Shown piece by piece: positions 10,209 to 20,843 of a DNA stretch of 64,000 bases (the stretch's first letter is position 1; each line of letters begins with the position of its first letter). The translations under genes and the position numbers were made by a program. Source of the stretch: Fidelibacterota bacterium (GTDB lineage Bacteria; Fidelibacterota; Marinisomatia; Marinisomatales; Marinisomataceae). The DNA lies in assembly GCA_045560295.1 (NCBI GenBank), contig JBJKZL010000004.1, positions 68,566 to 132,565 of the forward strand. Direction: 5' to 3'. The notes below the pieces were generated by a model, which had not been told where the DNA came from, made no database searches, and saw nothing but the letters and a program-made list of their open reading frames with translations.

Positions 10209-10559
10209 CTAAAGCCAAATAATAGTGATACCGGGGTTTCTGCGATTAAAGTCCTCATCATTACTAGTTAAAAATTCAGATCTCATTTCCACGGCGCCTC
10301 TATTAAACATATCATAGTCTTCGCCATTAATGACCCCTCTAAATCTACCCTTTTGTGCTTTTGCCCACCTTCTTACCTCTGTTGCAACCCTTCCGCTTCC
10401 AAGCCCGTGTATTATTTTGACAGCCGTAGTTTGTGAATCAGATTTGGCTGTACTAATTGCCACCTCTAGCTCGGTAATTGCGTCGCTTACGTTGTGACCA
10501 GTGTGTCCTATATCTATTTCTTTTAACATGTCTTCAAAATTGTCTATATTTGTTCTCAA
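10209..10559 (-). CDS. Smr-domain protein
   Basis: ORF 116 aa. IDIGHTGHNVSDAI...AVKIIHGLGSGRV...VRRWAK resembles the Smr pattern (DLHG...IIHGKG). The track start is TTG at 10559; ATG at 10529 (MLKEIDIGH) is an alternative. Confidence 0.55.
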   Translation of the reverse strand: MRTNIDNFEDMLKEIDIGHTGHNVSDAITELEVAISTAKSDSQTTAVKIIHGLGSGRVATEVRRWAKAQKGRFRGVINGEDYDMFNRGAVEMRSEFLTSNDEDFNRRNPGITIIWL

Positions 10560-11968
10560 TGAATGATGATTTATCTAAAATTAAGGGTCTTTTTAGTTCT
10601 CAGCTAGAGAAACATTCCTCTTTAGCAAAGTCTACTCATGGTGATAGAAAACAAAAACTAAAAACTTTGTTGAATAATTTTATGTCAATGGAACAAGAGG
10701 CTATCGATGCTCTGTCTCTAGATATGAAAAAGAGTCCAACAGAATCTATTATAAGTGAGGTTTTGGGCGTTAAAGCTGAAGCTGACTTTGCAATACAAAA
10801 TTTAAAAAAGTGGATGCGCTCAAAAAGGGTGCCCTCTCCTTCAACAATACTATTTACTTCTGGATGGGTAAGACCTGAGCCCAAAGGAAGCATATTAATC
10901 CTTTCTCCGTGGAACTATCCTATTTTGCTGTGCCTTAATCCTCTCATTGCTGCAATTGCATCAGGAAATACGGCTGTGATTAAGCCCTCTGAGTTTACTC
11001 CTGCGTCTGGTGCTTTTTTAAAAAAATTGATAGAGAGGACATTTGATCCTAACGAAGTTGCTGTTGTTTTGGGTGACGAGAAAGCTGCTATTGAGTTGTT
11101 ATCTCATCCGTTTAATCACGTTATGTTCACGGGAAGCCCATCAACTGGGAAGCTTGTGATGTCTGCAGCGGCTAAACACTTGTCTGGCGTTACTCTTGAG
11201 CTTGGCGGAAAGTCTCCCGTGATTGTTGATAATAGTGCAAATATTTCTGAAGCTGCATGGAAGTTAGCTTTCTACAAGTTTGCAAATGCTGGGCAAACCT
11301 GTACTGCTCCTGATTATATTTTATGTCATGAAAGCAAAAAAGATGATCTGGTTTCGGGGCTAAGAGAAAACTTTAAGACCTTTTTTAGTGGAAGTGATGG
11401 TGGGCCTTCAAACGACTATTGTCAAATTGTAAACACAACACACTTTGATAGAATTGAGGGATATTTAGAAAACGCCAAGGGAATGGGTGCTAAGGTGGTG
11501 GCCGGCGGAAACACAGACAGAAGCAAAAGGTTTATTGCTCCAACGGTTCTTTGTGATGTCTCAATGGATTCTTTGGTAATGAAAGAAGAAATTTTTGGTC
11601 CCCTAATGCCGATTGTTACTTATAAAACTATGGACGAAGCTATTGGGTTTATTAATAAAAGAGAAAAGCCACTTGCTCTTTATCTGTTTAGCTATAATAA
11701 AAAAAATCAAAAAAGACTCACAGAGGAAACCTCAAGTGGTGCTCTTGTTTTTAATGACTGTGTCATTCACCACACAAACCCACACCTTCCCTTTGGCGGT
11801 ATAAATAATAGCGGTCTTGGGAGTTACCACGGAAAATATGGTTTTGATGCCTTTTCGCATGAGAAGGCTATTTTGAAAAGCAGTGCTTGGTCCCCTTTCA
11901 GGCTAATGCTCCCCCCCTATACCAAAAGAAAACACTCTTTGGTTAATATGATAAAAAAATTCTCCTAG
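10559..11968 (+). CDS. aldehyde dehydrogenase, class 3-like
   Basis: ORF 10478..11968. Catalytic LELGGKSP and GQTCTAPDY motifs. Start trimmed to MNDDLSKIKG (ATG 10559); the upstream 27 codons overlap the Smr gene. Confidence 0.85.
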   Translation: MNDDLSKIKGLFSSQLEKHSSLAKSTHGDRKQKLKTLLNNFMSMEQEAIDALSLDMKKSPTESIISEVLGVKAEADFAIQNLKKWMRSKRVPSPSTILFTSGWVRPEPKGSILILSPWNYPILLCLNPLIAAIASGNTAVIKPSEFTPASGAFLKKLIERTFDPNEVAVVLGDEKAAIELLSHPFNHVMFTGSPSTGKLVMSAAAKHLSGVTLELGGKSPVIVDNSANISEAAWKLAFYKFANAGQTCTAPDYILCHESKKDDLVSGLRENFKTFFSGSDGGPSNDYCQIVNTTHFDRIEGYLENAKGMGAKVVAGGNTDRSKRFIAPTVLCDVSMDSLVMKEEIFGPLMPIVTYKTMDEAIGFINKREKPLALYLFSYNKKNQKRLTEETSSGALVFNDCVIHHTNPHLPFGGINNSGLGSYHGKYGFDAFSHEKAILKSSAWSPFRLMLPPYTKRKHSLVNMIKKFS

Positions 11969-12764
11969 AAAGCTCGTTTCTAAAATCAATAACAGTGTTT
12001 GCGTATTTGTCTGATCGATTATAGGTGCGAATACTTCTCCAAATTTGTGATCTAAAGGAAAAGTTATGGTTATCTTTTGGGTATCCGTTTTCAGTTAAGT
12101 AGTAGGCTATGCTCCCCAAAACATCTTCCCAATTGTATGGGTCTTTCTTACCGTCTCCGCTATAGTCTATTGAAAGCTTATTGAAGCTTGATGGAATAAA
12201 CTGCCCATACCCAAATGCCCCGGCATACGACCCCTCAAGCTGAAAGGGATTAATATTTTGTTCTTTTGAATATAATAGCAAGTGATAGAGTTCTTTTGTT
12301 GCCCATGTGGCGCGCTTTGGTAGGTTTACTATTTGTGTATAAAGAGAATTAAATACCGTGTATTCTGCATATCTCTTTCCATAGTTTGTTTCTATTCCTA
12401 CAATTGAAACTAAAATAAGAGGATCAATATCAAACTCTAACATAATTTTGTTTAAAAGATCTTTGTTTTTGAAATAAAAATCCACCCCCCCATTTAACCT
12501 CTCTTCAGTAAAGAAAATAGCCTTATACTGTTTGTATGTTTTAATTTTTTCTGGCTTTTTATTAAACCTCTCAAGAACCATTGGCTCTTGTATTAATAGG
12601 GGGCTTTCAAAAATCTCTCTGATCTCATTTATGCTATAATAATCTTGAATTTTTGTCTCATTTATGAGTCTATTAAACACCTTATAGTTTTCACCTGGAA
12701 CCTGCCCCACCACTAAAGAAAAACAAAAATAAATATATAGTGTTGTTTTAATCGTTAATTTCAT
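11943..12764 (-). CDS. lytic murein transglycosylase (MltB/SLT_2-like)
   Basis: ORF 273 aa. Signal peptide, catalytic-region GIETNYG, and GSYAGAFGYGQFIPSS. Confidence 0.8.
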   Translation of the reverse strand: MKLTIKTTLYIYFCFSLVVGQVPGENYKVFNRLINETKIQDYYSINEIREIFESPLLIQEPMVLERFNKKPEKIKTYKQYKAIFFTEERLNGGVDFYFKNKDLLNKIMLEFDIDPLILVSIVGIETNYGKRYAEYTVFNSLYTQIVNLPKRATWATKELYHLLLYSKEQNINPFQLEGSYAGAFGYGQFIPSSFNKLSIDYSGDGKKDPYNWEDVLGSIAYYLTENGYPKDNHNFSFRSQIWRSIRTYNRSDKYANTVIDFRNELSRRIFLSY

Positions 12765-12785
12765 AGTGTCAAATTTAATAACATT

Positions 12786-13640
12786 GTGAAAGCTGGTATG
12801 ATAAATAATAAATTTTTACTATTAACCATAGCCCTTCTTTCTGTCAGCTCTGCATCTTTGGTGGTGCGAATGTTGCCAGATACCGATGCGATCACTATAG
12901 CTTTTTGGAGAATGTTTTTGGCAAGTATCATGGTCTTCATTGTTTCTTACAAAAATATCTTATCTTTTGTTCCCGATAAAAAAATACTGTTTGCGGGGTT
13001 TTTTCTTGGTATACACTTTGCCTTATTTTTTCGAAGTGTTCAGTTAACATCTATTGCTGAGGCTGCGCTCCTTGGAACTACGGCCCCAATTTTCACAGAG
13101 ATTTATGCAATTACATTTCAAAGGAAGCCAATTCTTCCTGTTGTTATTTTTGGTCTCCTAATAGCTTTTTTGGGTGCTGGTGTTTTAGTAAGTCAAAGCT
13201 CATTTAGCGAAACGGGTATGCTCGGAAACATATTAGCTATTTTATGTTCAGTTGCTATCTCGTTTGTGTTAGTTGTGGGTAAAGATATTAGGGCAAGTGT
13301 TGGTTTGTTTGAATACACGCGGTGGCTGTTCTTTTTTGCCGCCTGTACATTGTGGGTGATTTCTTTAATCGTCGGCGTTTCTGTTTTTTCTTTTTCATCA
13401 CAAGAGCTTCCTTGGTTTATTTTTTTAGCACTTGTTCCAACTATGGTTGGACATAACATTTTTTATTATTTAATTAAAACGCTTAGCACCACAACCGTTG
13501 CCGCCGTTCCTTTGGGTGAGCCTATAGTTTCTTCTTTAGGCGCCTTGGCGCTTTTTGGTGAACCAATTGGTTTTGCAGTAATACTTGGGGGTGGAATTAC
13601 TTTGTGTGGTGTTTTTTTAGTGGTGCGCTTTGGAGACTAG
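12786..13640 (+). CDS. EamA/DMT-family transporter
   Basis: ORF 284 aa, about 10 TM segments arranged as two EamA-like halves. GTG start at 12786; ATG at 12798 is an alternative. Confidence 0.7.
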   Translation: MKAGMINNKFLLLTIALLSVSSASLVVRMLPDTDAITIAFWRMFLASIMVFIVSYKNILSFVPDKKILFAGFFLGIHFALFFRSVQLTSIAEAALLGTTAPIFTEIYAITFQRKPILPVVIFGLLIAFLGAGVLVSQSSFSETGMLGNILAILCSVAISFVLVVGKDIRASVGLFEYTRWLFFFAACTLWVISLIVGVSVFSFSSQELPWFIFLALVPTMVGHNIFYYLIKTLSTTTVAAVPLGEPIVSSLGALALFGEPIGFAVILGGGITLCGVFLVVRFGD

Positions 13641-13641
13641 T

Positions 13642-15474
13642 TTATTGTTGATCAGCAAGTCTTTCTTTCTTTTGTGTTGCTTCTCTTTTTTGCTGATCTA
13701 GCTCCATTTTACGCAACCTAACAGATATTGGTGTTATTTCTACAAGCTCATCTTCTGAAATAAACTCGATGGATTGGTCAAGCGATAGAGCTCTTGGCGG
13801 CCTAACCGTTACCGTGTTGTCAGATCCAGAGCTTCTCATATTAGAAAGCTTCTTTTCTCTAGTAATGTTAAGTGCGAGGTCGTTTGTTTTGTTCCTTTCT
13901 CCAATAACCATTCCATCATAAACCTCTGTGCCCACACTTACAAAAAGCTCCCCACGATCCGCCATATTAATACAGGCATAAGTTGTAACCCGTCCCTTTC
14001 TATCAGAAATTAGTGCCCCTGTGTTTCTTTGGGGTATTCTACCAAACCAGGGCGCATATCCATCAAAAAGCTTGTTCATTATTCCTGCGCCTTTTGTATC
14101 TGTAATAAACTGGCTTCTAAAACCAATTAAGCCTCTAGAGGGTATAGAAAACTCTAATGACACCCTACCAAAACCGTGATTCTGCAGATTTGTCATTCTA
14201 CCTTTTCTTGCTGAAAGCTTTTCTGTTAAAACGCCAACCTTATCTTCGGGAACATCTAAAAAAACTTTTTCCATGGGCTCCACAGTCTTACCATTTTCTT
14301 CTCTTGTAATTACTTTAGGCTTAGAAACCATAAACTCGTACCCTTCTCTTCTCATGGTTTCAATTAATACTGCCATTTGTAATTCTCCTCTTCCTCTTAC
14401 CTCATATGCATCTGTCCTGTCGGTTTTTAAAACCTGCAATGAAACGTTGCTTAAGATTTCCTCTTCAAGTCTGTCGTTAATGTGTCTGGTTGTCAGGTAT
14501 TTTCCTTCTTTTCCCGCAAAAGGGCTGTTGTTTACATAAAACAACATAGAAACTGTTGGTTCGTCTATTTCGATTCTTGGAAGAGGCTCTGGATTTTCGT
14601 GCGATGAAATAGTGTCTCCGATTGTAATATTTTCAATTCCGGCTACTGCTATAATATCTCCGGCCTCTAGTTTGTCAACCTTGTTTTTTTTTAAACCTTT
14701 AAATGTGTATAGTGCAGAAAACTTGTGCCCAGATGTAGTCTTTTCTTCACCACAAAGAGAATAGCGTCTATTCATTTCCAGTGTACCGTTGTTGAGCCTT
14801 CCAATTGCAATTTGTCCAACATAGGAGTCGTAGTCTAGGTTTGTAATGAGAAATTGTGGTGTTTTTTGATCATCTGCTATTGGTCCTGGTATATTATTTA
14901 AAATTGTATTAAAGAGGGGGTCCAGCGTTTCTGACCCATCTTCTAGTTTGGTGTGTGCCACTCCCTCCTTAGCGTTAGTATAAATAATTGGAAATTCGAT
15001 TTGTTCATCGTTTGCGTCTAAGTCTATAAATAAATCATACACCTCGCTCACAACCTCTTCAATTCTTGCGTCCGGTCTGTCAATTTTATTAATTACCAAA
15101 ATTATTGGTATATTTTTGTCTAGCGCCTTTTTTAAAACAAAGCGCGTTTGTGGTAGGGGGCCCTCGCTTGCATCAACTAACAGCAGAGCTCCGTCTACTA
15201 AGTTTAAACTTCTTTCAACCTCTCCTCCAAAGTCGGCGTGACCCGGCGTGTCCATGATATTAATTTTGATATCTTTGTAATATACTGCCGTGTTTTTAGC
15301 GGTTATTGTTATCCCTCTTTCTTTTTCAAGGTCCATTGAATCCATAACCCTGTCTTGTAGCTCTTGGTGGGCCTTAAAGGTTCCGCTTTGTTGTAACATA
15401 CCATCTACCAGGGTTGTTTTTCCGTGGTCTACGTGTGCTATGATTGCAATATTTCTAAAGTTATTTTTTCTCAT
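13642..15474 (-). CDS. typA: translational GTPase TypA/BipA
   Basis: ORF 610 aa. AHVDHGKTTL, DTPGHADF and NKID G-motifs, with the length and domain order of BipA. Confidence 0.95.
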   Translation of the reverse strand: MRKNNFRNIAIIAHVDHGKTTLVDGMLQQSGTFKAHQELQDRVMDSMDLEKERGITITAKNTAVYYKDIKINIMDTPGHADFGGEVERSLNLVDGALLLVDASEGPLPQTRFVLKKALDKNIPIILVINKIDRPDARIEEVVSEVYDLFIDLDANDEQIEFPIIYTNAKEGVAHTKLEDGSETLDPLFNTILNNIPGPIADDQKTPQFLITNLDYDSYVGQIAIGRLNNGTLEMNRRYSLCGEEKTTSGHKFSALYTFKGLKKNKVDKLEAGDIIAVAGIENITIGDTISSHENPEPLPRIEIDEPTVSMLFYVNNSPFAGKEGKYLTTRHINDRLEEEILSNVSLQVLKTDRTDAYEVRGRGELQMAVLIETMRREGYEFMVSKPKVITREENGKTVEPMEKVFLDVPEDKVGVLTEKLSARKGRMTNLQNHGFGRVSLEFSIPSRGLIGFRSQFITDTKGAGIMNKLFDGYAPWFGRIPQRNTGALISDRKGRVTTYACINMADRGELFVSVGTEVYDGMVIGERNKTNDLALNITREKKLSNMRSSGSDNTVTVRPPRALSLDQSIEFISEDELVEITPISVRLRKMELDQQKREATQKKERLADQQ

Positions 15475-15545
15475 TTTTTGTGTTGTAATTTGATAGGAAT
15501 ATAAAACTAAATATGGGCTGGTCGCATATTTATTATATGTGCATA

Positions 15546-16433
15546 CTAAACAGCCATTGGAGCCTTGATGCTTTCCATAGGGTCATAATCATTTAGTTTA
15601 AAGTCTTTTGGGTTTGCCATTATAACGTCGCTTATTGTATTGAACTTTGGCATTGAAATTGTGGGGAGTGGTTTTGGAGAGCGCTTAATTTGTTCTCTTA
15701 CTTGGTCAAAATGGTTCTGATATATGTGGCAGTCTCCTCCAGTCCACACGAAGTCGCCTGGGGTCATGTTTAGTAGTTGGGCCATGATGCATGTTAATAG
15801 GCTGTATGATGCAATATTAAACGGAACACCTAAAAACATGTCAGCGCTTCTCTGATACATTTGACAGCTCAGCTCTCCACCTTGTACGTGAAACTGAAAC
15901 ATTGTGTGGCATGGGGGTAGTGCCATTTTGTGTACTTCACCCGCGTTCCAAGCACTAACAATGTGTCTTCTGCTATAGGGGTCTTGAGATAGGCTTTTTA
16001 ATACATCTTTAATTTGATCTACGTTTTTGTCTTTGCCCTTCCAACTTCTCCACTGATTTCCATATACGGGGCCAAGCTCTTTAATTGTTTCTGTGTTTTT
16101 ATAACCAAGCTCTTTACCCTGCTTATCGGCATTTGCTGTCCAAATTGTTTTTTTTTCTTTGAGCTCTTCTCTTGATTGTCCATAATGAATTTCAGCTAAT
16201 CTTCTTTCGTCTGTTTCTCCCTCAAGAAACCACAACAACTCACTTACTACGCTTCTCCATGCAAGCTTTTTTGTGGTTACTGCGGGAAAGCTGTTTCGCA
16301 GATCAAAGCGCAATTGATGACCAAAAATCCCTCTGGTACCTATGCCCGTTCTGTCTTTTCTGTCTTTGCCTTCCTTAAAAATATGTTCTAATGCACTAAG
16401 GTATTGTTTCAATATACCCCCCTCTTTTTCCAT
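15546..16433 (-). CDS. thyA: thymidylate synthase
   Basis: ORF 295 aa. DRTGIGT, ALPPCH (catalytic Cys), QRSADMFLGVPFNIASY. The ATG at 16433 overlaps folA by 25 nt. A TTG at 16412 would give MKQYL... and a TTGA overlap with the folA stop, so the start is ambiguous. Confidence 0.93.
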   Translation of the reverse strand: MEKEGGILKQYLSALEHIFKEGKDRKDRTGIGTRGIFGHQLRFDLRNSFPAVTTKKLAWRSVVSELLWFLEGETDERRLAEIHYGQSREELKEKKTIWTANADKQGKELGYKNTETIKELGPVYGNQWRSWKGKDKNVDQIKDVLKSLSQDPYSRRHIVSAWNAGEVHKMALPPCHTMFQFHVQGGELSCQMYQRSADMFLGVPFNIASYSLLTCIMAQLLNMTPGDFVWTGGDCHIYQNHFDQVREQIKRSPKPLPTISMPKFNTISDVIMANPKDFKLNDYDPMESIKAPMAV

Positions 16434-16903
16434 ATTTGGAACTCTACGGCGCCGTGGTCTTCTGACCAGGTTTTATCAAAGAGTTTTTCTATTTTATCGA
16501 GAGGTAAAAAAGTATCACAGTTATATTCTCCAGGAATTCTGCTAAGATAAAACTCGTCAATAATGTCAAGTGTTTGATTAATAATGTTCGGTCCGCCAAT
16601 AATCCAGGTTGTAATGTTTTTGTTTTCTTTTGCAATTGTTTGTATTTCTTTTGTTATTTCTCCGCTAATATATTTTTGTGCGCCAGGGTAGTCTTTTTCT
16701 CTGGTTGTTGCTAAAACGTTGGTTCTTTTTGGTAGGGGGCCAGGCATAAGGGGGTCGTCCCATGTTGTTGATCCCATGACAACAATATTTTTAGCTGTGT
16801 TGTTTTTAAACCACCTTAGGTCTTTTGAGTTTTTTGGCCAGGGCATTGTCCCGTCTTTGCTTACACCCCCCAAATCGTCACACGCCAATATTGCTTTAAT
16901 CAT
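16409..16903 (-). CDS. folA: dihydrofolate reductase
   Basis: ORF 164 aa. MIKAILACDDLGGVSKDGTMPW, VVMGSTTW, IIGGPNI motifs. Confidence 0.9.
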   Translation of the reverse strand: MIKAILACDDLGGVSKDGTMPWPKNSKDLRWFKNNTAKNIVVMGSTTWDDPLMPGPLPKRTNVLATTREKDYPGAQKYISGEITKEIQTIAKENKNITTWIIGGPNIINQTLDIIDEFYLSRIPGEYNCDTFLPLDKIEKLFDKTWSEDHGAVEFQIWKKRGVY

Positions 16904-16917
16904 TTTAATTATTATGC

Positions 16918-19617
16918 CTATTCTTTTGTTGGGATTCCCTTATTGTCAATCGACCCCGCCGCTACCCTATAAACCATTTCCATTTTTATGTGTTCTTTTA
17001 TGGCGTTATTTACTTGCTCCAGAGTTACCTCTTCTATTTTTTGAGCATAGTCATCAAGATATTTTACTCCACCCCTATTGACCACTGCGGACAAAATACC
17101 TCTGGCGAGACCTCCTGTGGTGTCATATCCTACCTGCATCGATCCAACAATTGTACTTTTCATTCCTTTAAGCTCTTCTTTTGTGATGCCACTCTTCGCC
17201 CACTTATTAAGAACCCCCTCCATTGAAGCCTCTCCTCTTTTTAGTAGGTCTGGAGAGTATGTACCATACGCAATCCATGCCCCAGGGCTTTTATTTGTTG
17301 TGCCTGTTAGTGATGAATATACTCCATATGTTAACCCGTCTTCTACCCTGACCTTTCTCATAAGTCTGGCCGTAAAGGCTCCACCGAGCGCCCTTGTTCC
17401 AACCGTTAGCGGTAAAAAATCTTCGTGATCTTCGTTTATGTTAAGCGGTATACCATATATAAGGTCCGAACTTGTTTTGTCTTTCATGGTTATATATTTT
17501 TGTCCAACCTTTGGTGTGCCAGCTCGTCTCTCTTTTTTTTCTTCAATTGGAGAAGTCTTCCAGCTAGCAAAGTTTTTTTCAATTATTTTAGACATGTTTT
17601 CATGATCTACGTCCCCAACAACCACAATAACCATAGAGCCCTTGCCGTAGTTTTTGTCATGAAAATCTTTTAGTTCTTTTACGTTTATTGTGTTCAGTTC
17701 TTTTAAGCCGTCATCTGGTAAAAGAGGTGAATTTTGATGTTTGTCCCCATAAAAACTTCTGAGTACGTCGTTAAATGCGTTGTTCCATGTGCTTTCTTTG
17801 CTTTTTTTAAGACCGGCCGCCCTCCTTTTTAAAACCTTATCGAGCTCATCTTTTTTAAACGCTGGCTCTTTAATTTGTTCTGCTAACAACCCTAGCACCA
17901 AATCTGTGTCTTTCTCTAGAAACTTTCCTGTAAAAGAAATCCTTGCTGGTCCGGCCCCAAAACCAAGCCTTGCTCCTACGCTTTCGAGCTGGTCGCTTAT
18001 TTCAAACTTTGATTTTGATTTTGTTCCTTGGTCTAACATTGAAACAACTAGCGATGGTATCATTTGTTTTTTTTCAGCATAATTACTTCCACCCAACATG
18101 CTCCCACTTAAGGTAACCACCCCCGAACCTCTTTTGAGCGTATATAAAAAAACCCCCTTTGTTGGTTCTGATGCTACTACATTGTTTGTAAACGCGCTGG
18201 CCATCTCTTTGTTTTCTTCTTTAAGCATATATGGCCCATTGTGGTGCCTGTGTGCTGCAGCCTCATTTGTACCCTTTTCACTCTCTCCTGGACTTTCTGG
18301 AATAAAATATCCAACAGTGCTCATTTGATTTAAAATATATTTGTTTGCTACTCTCTTCACGTCCTCTGCCGTTACCTTATTAATTTTCTCCTCATAGGTG
18401 GTGTATAGGGTCCAGTCTCCGCTTGCAATAGCCTCATTTAGCCCCCCCGCTACGGCGTATGAACCGTCCTGAGAAAAGAGGCGGGCTGTTGTTAGTTTGG
18501 TTTTTGCTTTTTCTGTTTCTTTTTCATTCACCCCGTCTTTTTTTACCTTTTCTAGCTCTTCGATAATTGCCTGCTCAACATCTTCGTGTTTTACCCCCGG
18601 AGTTAAGCTTGCATAAATTTCAAACAGTCCTTCATATTTAAACTTGCTTGGTGATGCAGAAATAGACGTCACCATTCCTTTGTCGGTTATTTGTTTATAA
18701 AATCTACTGTTTTTACCAGAAGACATAATTGATCCTAAAACTATCATGGGTGCCATGTCTTCGCTTGAAGCTGGTGGGCTTTTATATGCCACCCCAACAA
18801 CGCCCTGTTGTGCCACCCTGTTTAGCATAACACGCCTTTGTCCTTCTTGTTTTGGCTCTGTTGTATACACCTCGGGTATTTCGTGCTTACTTTTTCTTAT
18901 TTGACCAAAGTGTTTTTTAACCATTTTTAGTCCTTCAGAAACTGACACATCCCCAACGATTGTTGCTGTCGCATTGTTTGGCCAGTAATACGTGTCATAA
19001 AACTCTTTCAGCTTTTCTATTGGCATGTTTTCTATGTCCGACTTCCAACCTATTGTTGAGTGGTGATATGGGTGAGCCTGAAACGCCATAGACCATATGT
19101 GTTGATCTAGCACTCTTTGTGGGCTGTTTTCACCCCTTTCGAACTCGTTCCTGACAACTGTCATTTCTGACTGTCTGTCTTCTTCTACAATTATTGCCCC
19201 CCTCATTCTATCGGCTTCTATGTCAATAATTGTATCAAGGTGCTTGCTGGGTAATGTGCCAAAATAATTGGTTCTATCTGTCCATGTGGTTGCATTTGTT
19301 CTGGCACCAACCGCATCTAATATAATGTCTGCTTTTCCGTTTCTATAGTTTTTAGAACCCTTAAACATGAGGTGTTCTAGTAGGTGTGTTGCTCCCGTGT
19401 GTCCTGTTGCCTCGTTTACCGAACCAACCCTATATGTTACCATAAAAGTAGCAACTGGCGCAGTTCTATCTTCTTTAATTAAAACGGTAAGATCGTTTGA
19501 TGTCATGCGATATTCTTTGATACCCCCAGACTCTTTAATGTATTCAAACCCGTGGTGTTTTTCTTGAGACATTGCCGCTCCTACAATTAATAATAATATT
19601 AGTGTTATTTTTTTCAT
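16918..19617 (-). CDS. M16 (pitrilysin/insulinase) family zinc peptidase, double-unit
   Basis: ORF 16918..19665. HxxEH zinc motif in GATHLLEHLMFKG. Start trimmed to MKKITLILLLIVGAAMS (signal peptide, ATG 19617). Confidence 0.85.
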   Translation of the reverse strand: MKKITLILLLIVGAAMSQEKHHGFEYIKESGGIKEYRMTSNDLTVLIKEDRTAPVATFMVTYRVGSVNEATGHTGATHLLEHLMFKGSKNYRNGKADIILDAVGARTNATTWTDRTNYFGTLPSKHLDTIIDIEADRMRGAIIVEEDRQSEMTVVRNEFERGENSPQRVLDQHIWSMAFQAHPYHHSTIGWKSDIENMPIEKLKEFYDTYYWPNNATATIVGDVSVSEGLKMVKKHFGQIRKSKHEIPEVYTTEPKQEGQRRVMLNRVAQQGVVGVAYKSPPASSEDMAPMIVLGSIMSSGKNSRFYKQITDKGMVTSISASPSKFKYEGLFEIYASLTPGVKHEDVEQAIIEELEKVKKDGVNEKETEKAKTKLTTARLFSQDGSYAVAGGLNEAIASGDWTLYTTYEEKINKVTAEDVKRVANKYILNQMSTVGYFIPESPGESEKGTNEAAAHRHHNGPYMLKEENKEMASAFTNNVVASEPTKGVFLYTLKRGSGVVTLSGSMLGGSNYAEKKQMIPSLVVSMLDQGTKSKSKFEISDQLESVGARLGFGAGPARISFTGKFLEKDTDLVLGLLAEQIKEPAFKKDELDKVLKRRAAGLKKSKESTWNNAFNDVLRSFYGDKHQNSPLLPDDGLKELNTINVKELKDFHDKNYGKGSMVIVVVGDVDHENMSKIIEKNFASWKTSPIEEKKERRAGTPKVGQKYITMKDKTSSDLIYGIPLNINEDHEDFLPLTVGTRALGGAFTARLMRKVRVEDGLTYGVYSSLTGTTNKSPGAWIAYGTYSPDLLKRGEASMEGVLNKWAKSGITKEELKGMKSTIVGSMQVGYDTTGGLARGILSAVVNRGGVKYLDDYAQKIEEVTLEQVNNAIKEHIKMEMVYRVAAGSIDNKGIPTKE

Positions 19618-19669
19618 TTTTTTCCTACTTGTCTGTTTTGTGGTTTCCCCAAAACCCAAAAGCATTTTC

Positions 19670-20176
19670 TTATCTCCAAGGAATGAATCTTGGAATTTTT
19701 GCCATATAATCTACATAGTCTTCCTGAAAAATACCAACAAGGTATTCTTCTTCTTTCTCCACGAGCCTCGACCAAAAAGAATAGTATATTGGGATAAAGA
19801 ACAACAATACAAAAGACCTGTGGTTTAGGGCGGTTATTATTGGAAAATGAAATATAAGTGTTGTGTAAATTGGGTGTCTAATAAAGACATATATTCCTCT
19901 TACAGAAAAATTTTTACTGTTGTTTTTTAGTGGAAAGCTGAGGGTTGACCAAATTAAAATGATTAAAAGCTCCAACGTTGTTAAAAATATTAAAATATTT
20001 ATCAACCTAACTGGTATTCCAATTTTTACAAAACCAAACTTATTTTCTGTTATGATTATTAAAAGAGTTGCCAGTGTTGTTATTAGGGCTCCGGCCGCAC
20101 CAATTCTCCAGAGTTTTTTGTAATATTTTGATTTGGGTTGGGTTTTAGCGCCCGACAAATTCTTCTCTTTTTCCAA
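19670..20176 (-). CDS. isoprenylcysteine carboxyl methyltransferase (ICMT)/phospholipid methyltransferase-family membrane protein
   Basis: ORF 168 aa, multi-TM. GIYVFIRHPIYTT matches the family RHP-x-Y motif. Confidence 0.6.
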   Translation of the reverse strand: MEKEKNLSGAKTQPKSKYYKKLWRIGAAGALITTLATLLIIITENKFGFVKIGIPVRLINILIFLTTLELLIILIWSTLSFPLKNNSKNFSVRGIYVFIRHPIYTTLIFHFPIITALNHRSFVLLFFIPIYYSFWSRLVEKEEEYLVGIFQEDYVDYMAKIPRFIPWR

Positions 20177-20843
20177 AGATCAACGTTCCCACTCGCACCA
20201 TTGTGGATCCGTTTTCAATTCCAAGTAAAAAATCACCACTCATTCCCATTGATAGCTCCGTCATTTTTTTATCTTCTGGCAACCTTGCATTTATTTTTGA
20301 AAATATTTTCCCAAGCAACATAAAGGCTCTTTCTCTTTTGCTGTTATCTGGTTCGGTGGGTCCAATTGTCATCAAGCCTTCAATTTTTATATTTTTTAAA
20401 TTAAAACACGACAATATTTCATCAATGCTTTCTTTTTCGAATCCACCCTTTGTTGTTTCGTCGCTAGTGTTAACCTGAATTAGAACTCTTTGTTTTTTTT
20501 TAATAAGCGCAGACGCTTTTGATATTTTCTTTGCTAATTTTGTTGAGTCTACTGAGTCTATGGTGTCAAAAAGCTTTATAGCCTTTTTTATTTTATTTGA
20601 TTGTAGTTGGCCTATCAACCTTTTTTCTACTGACTTAATTTTTTCAATATGGGAAAACTTGGCTTCTGCTTCTTGGACTTTGTTTTCGCCTATAGAAGAA
20701 ACTCCTGCCTCTATTGCTACCGACACCTGTTCTGCGGATCTTGTTTTTGTTACCGCTACAAGCTTAATTGTTTGGTTCGGCTTCCCCTTTTTTCTTATTT
20801 GATTTCTAAGCGTCTTGAGGTTCTGGGTTATTTTCTGGCTCAT
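20145..20843 (-). CDS. yggS: YggS-family pyridoxal-phosphate homeostasis protein
   Basis: ORF 232 aa. LVAVTKTRS (PLP Lys), [25 protein letters not shown]. Confidence 0.85.
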   Translation of the reverse strand: MSQKITQNLKTLRNQIRKKGKPNQTIKLVAVTKTRSAEQVSVAIEAGVSSIGENKVQEAEAKFSHIEKIKSVEKRLIGQLQSNKIKKAIKLFDTIDSVDSTKLAKKISKASALIKKKQRVLIQVNTSDETTKGGFEKESIDEILSCFNLKNIKIEGLMTIGPTEPDNSKRERAFMLLGKIFSKINARLPEDKKMTELSMGMSGDFLLGIENGSTMVRVGTLIFGKREEFVGR

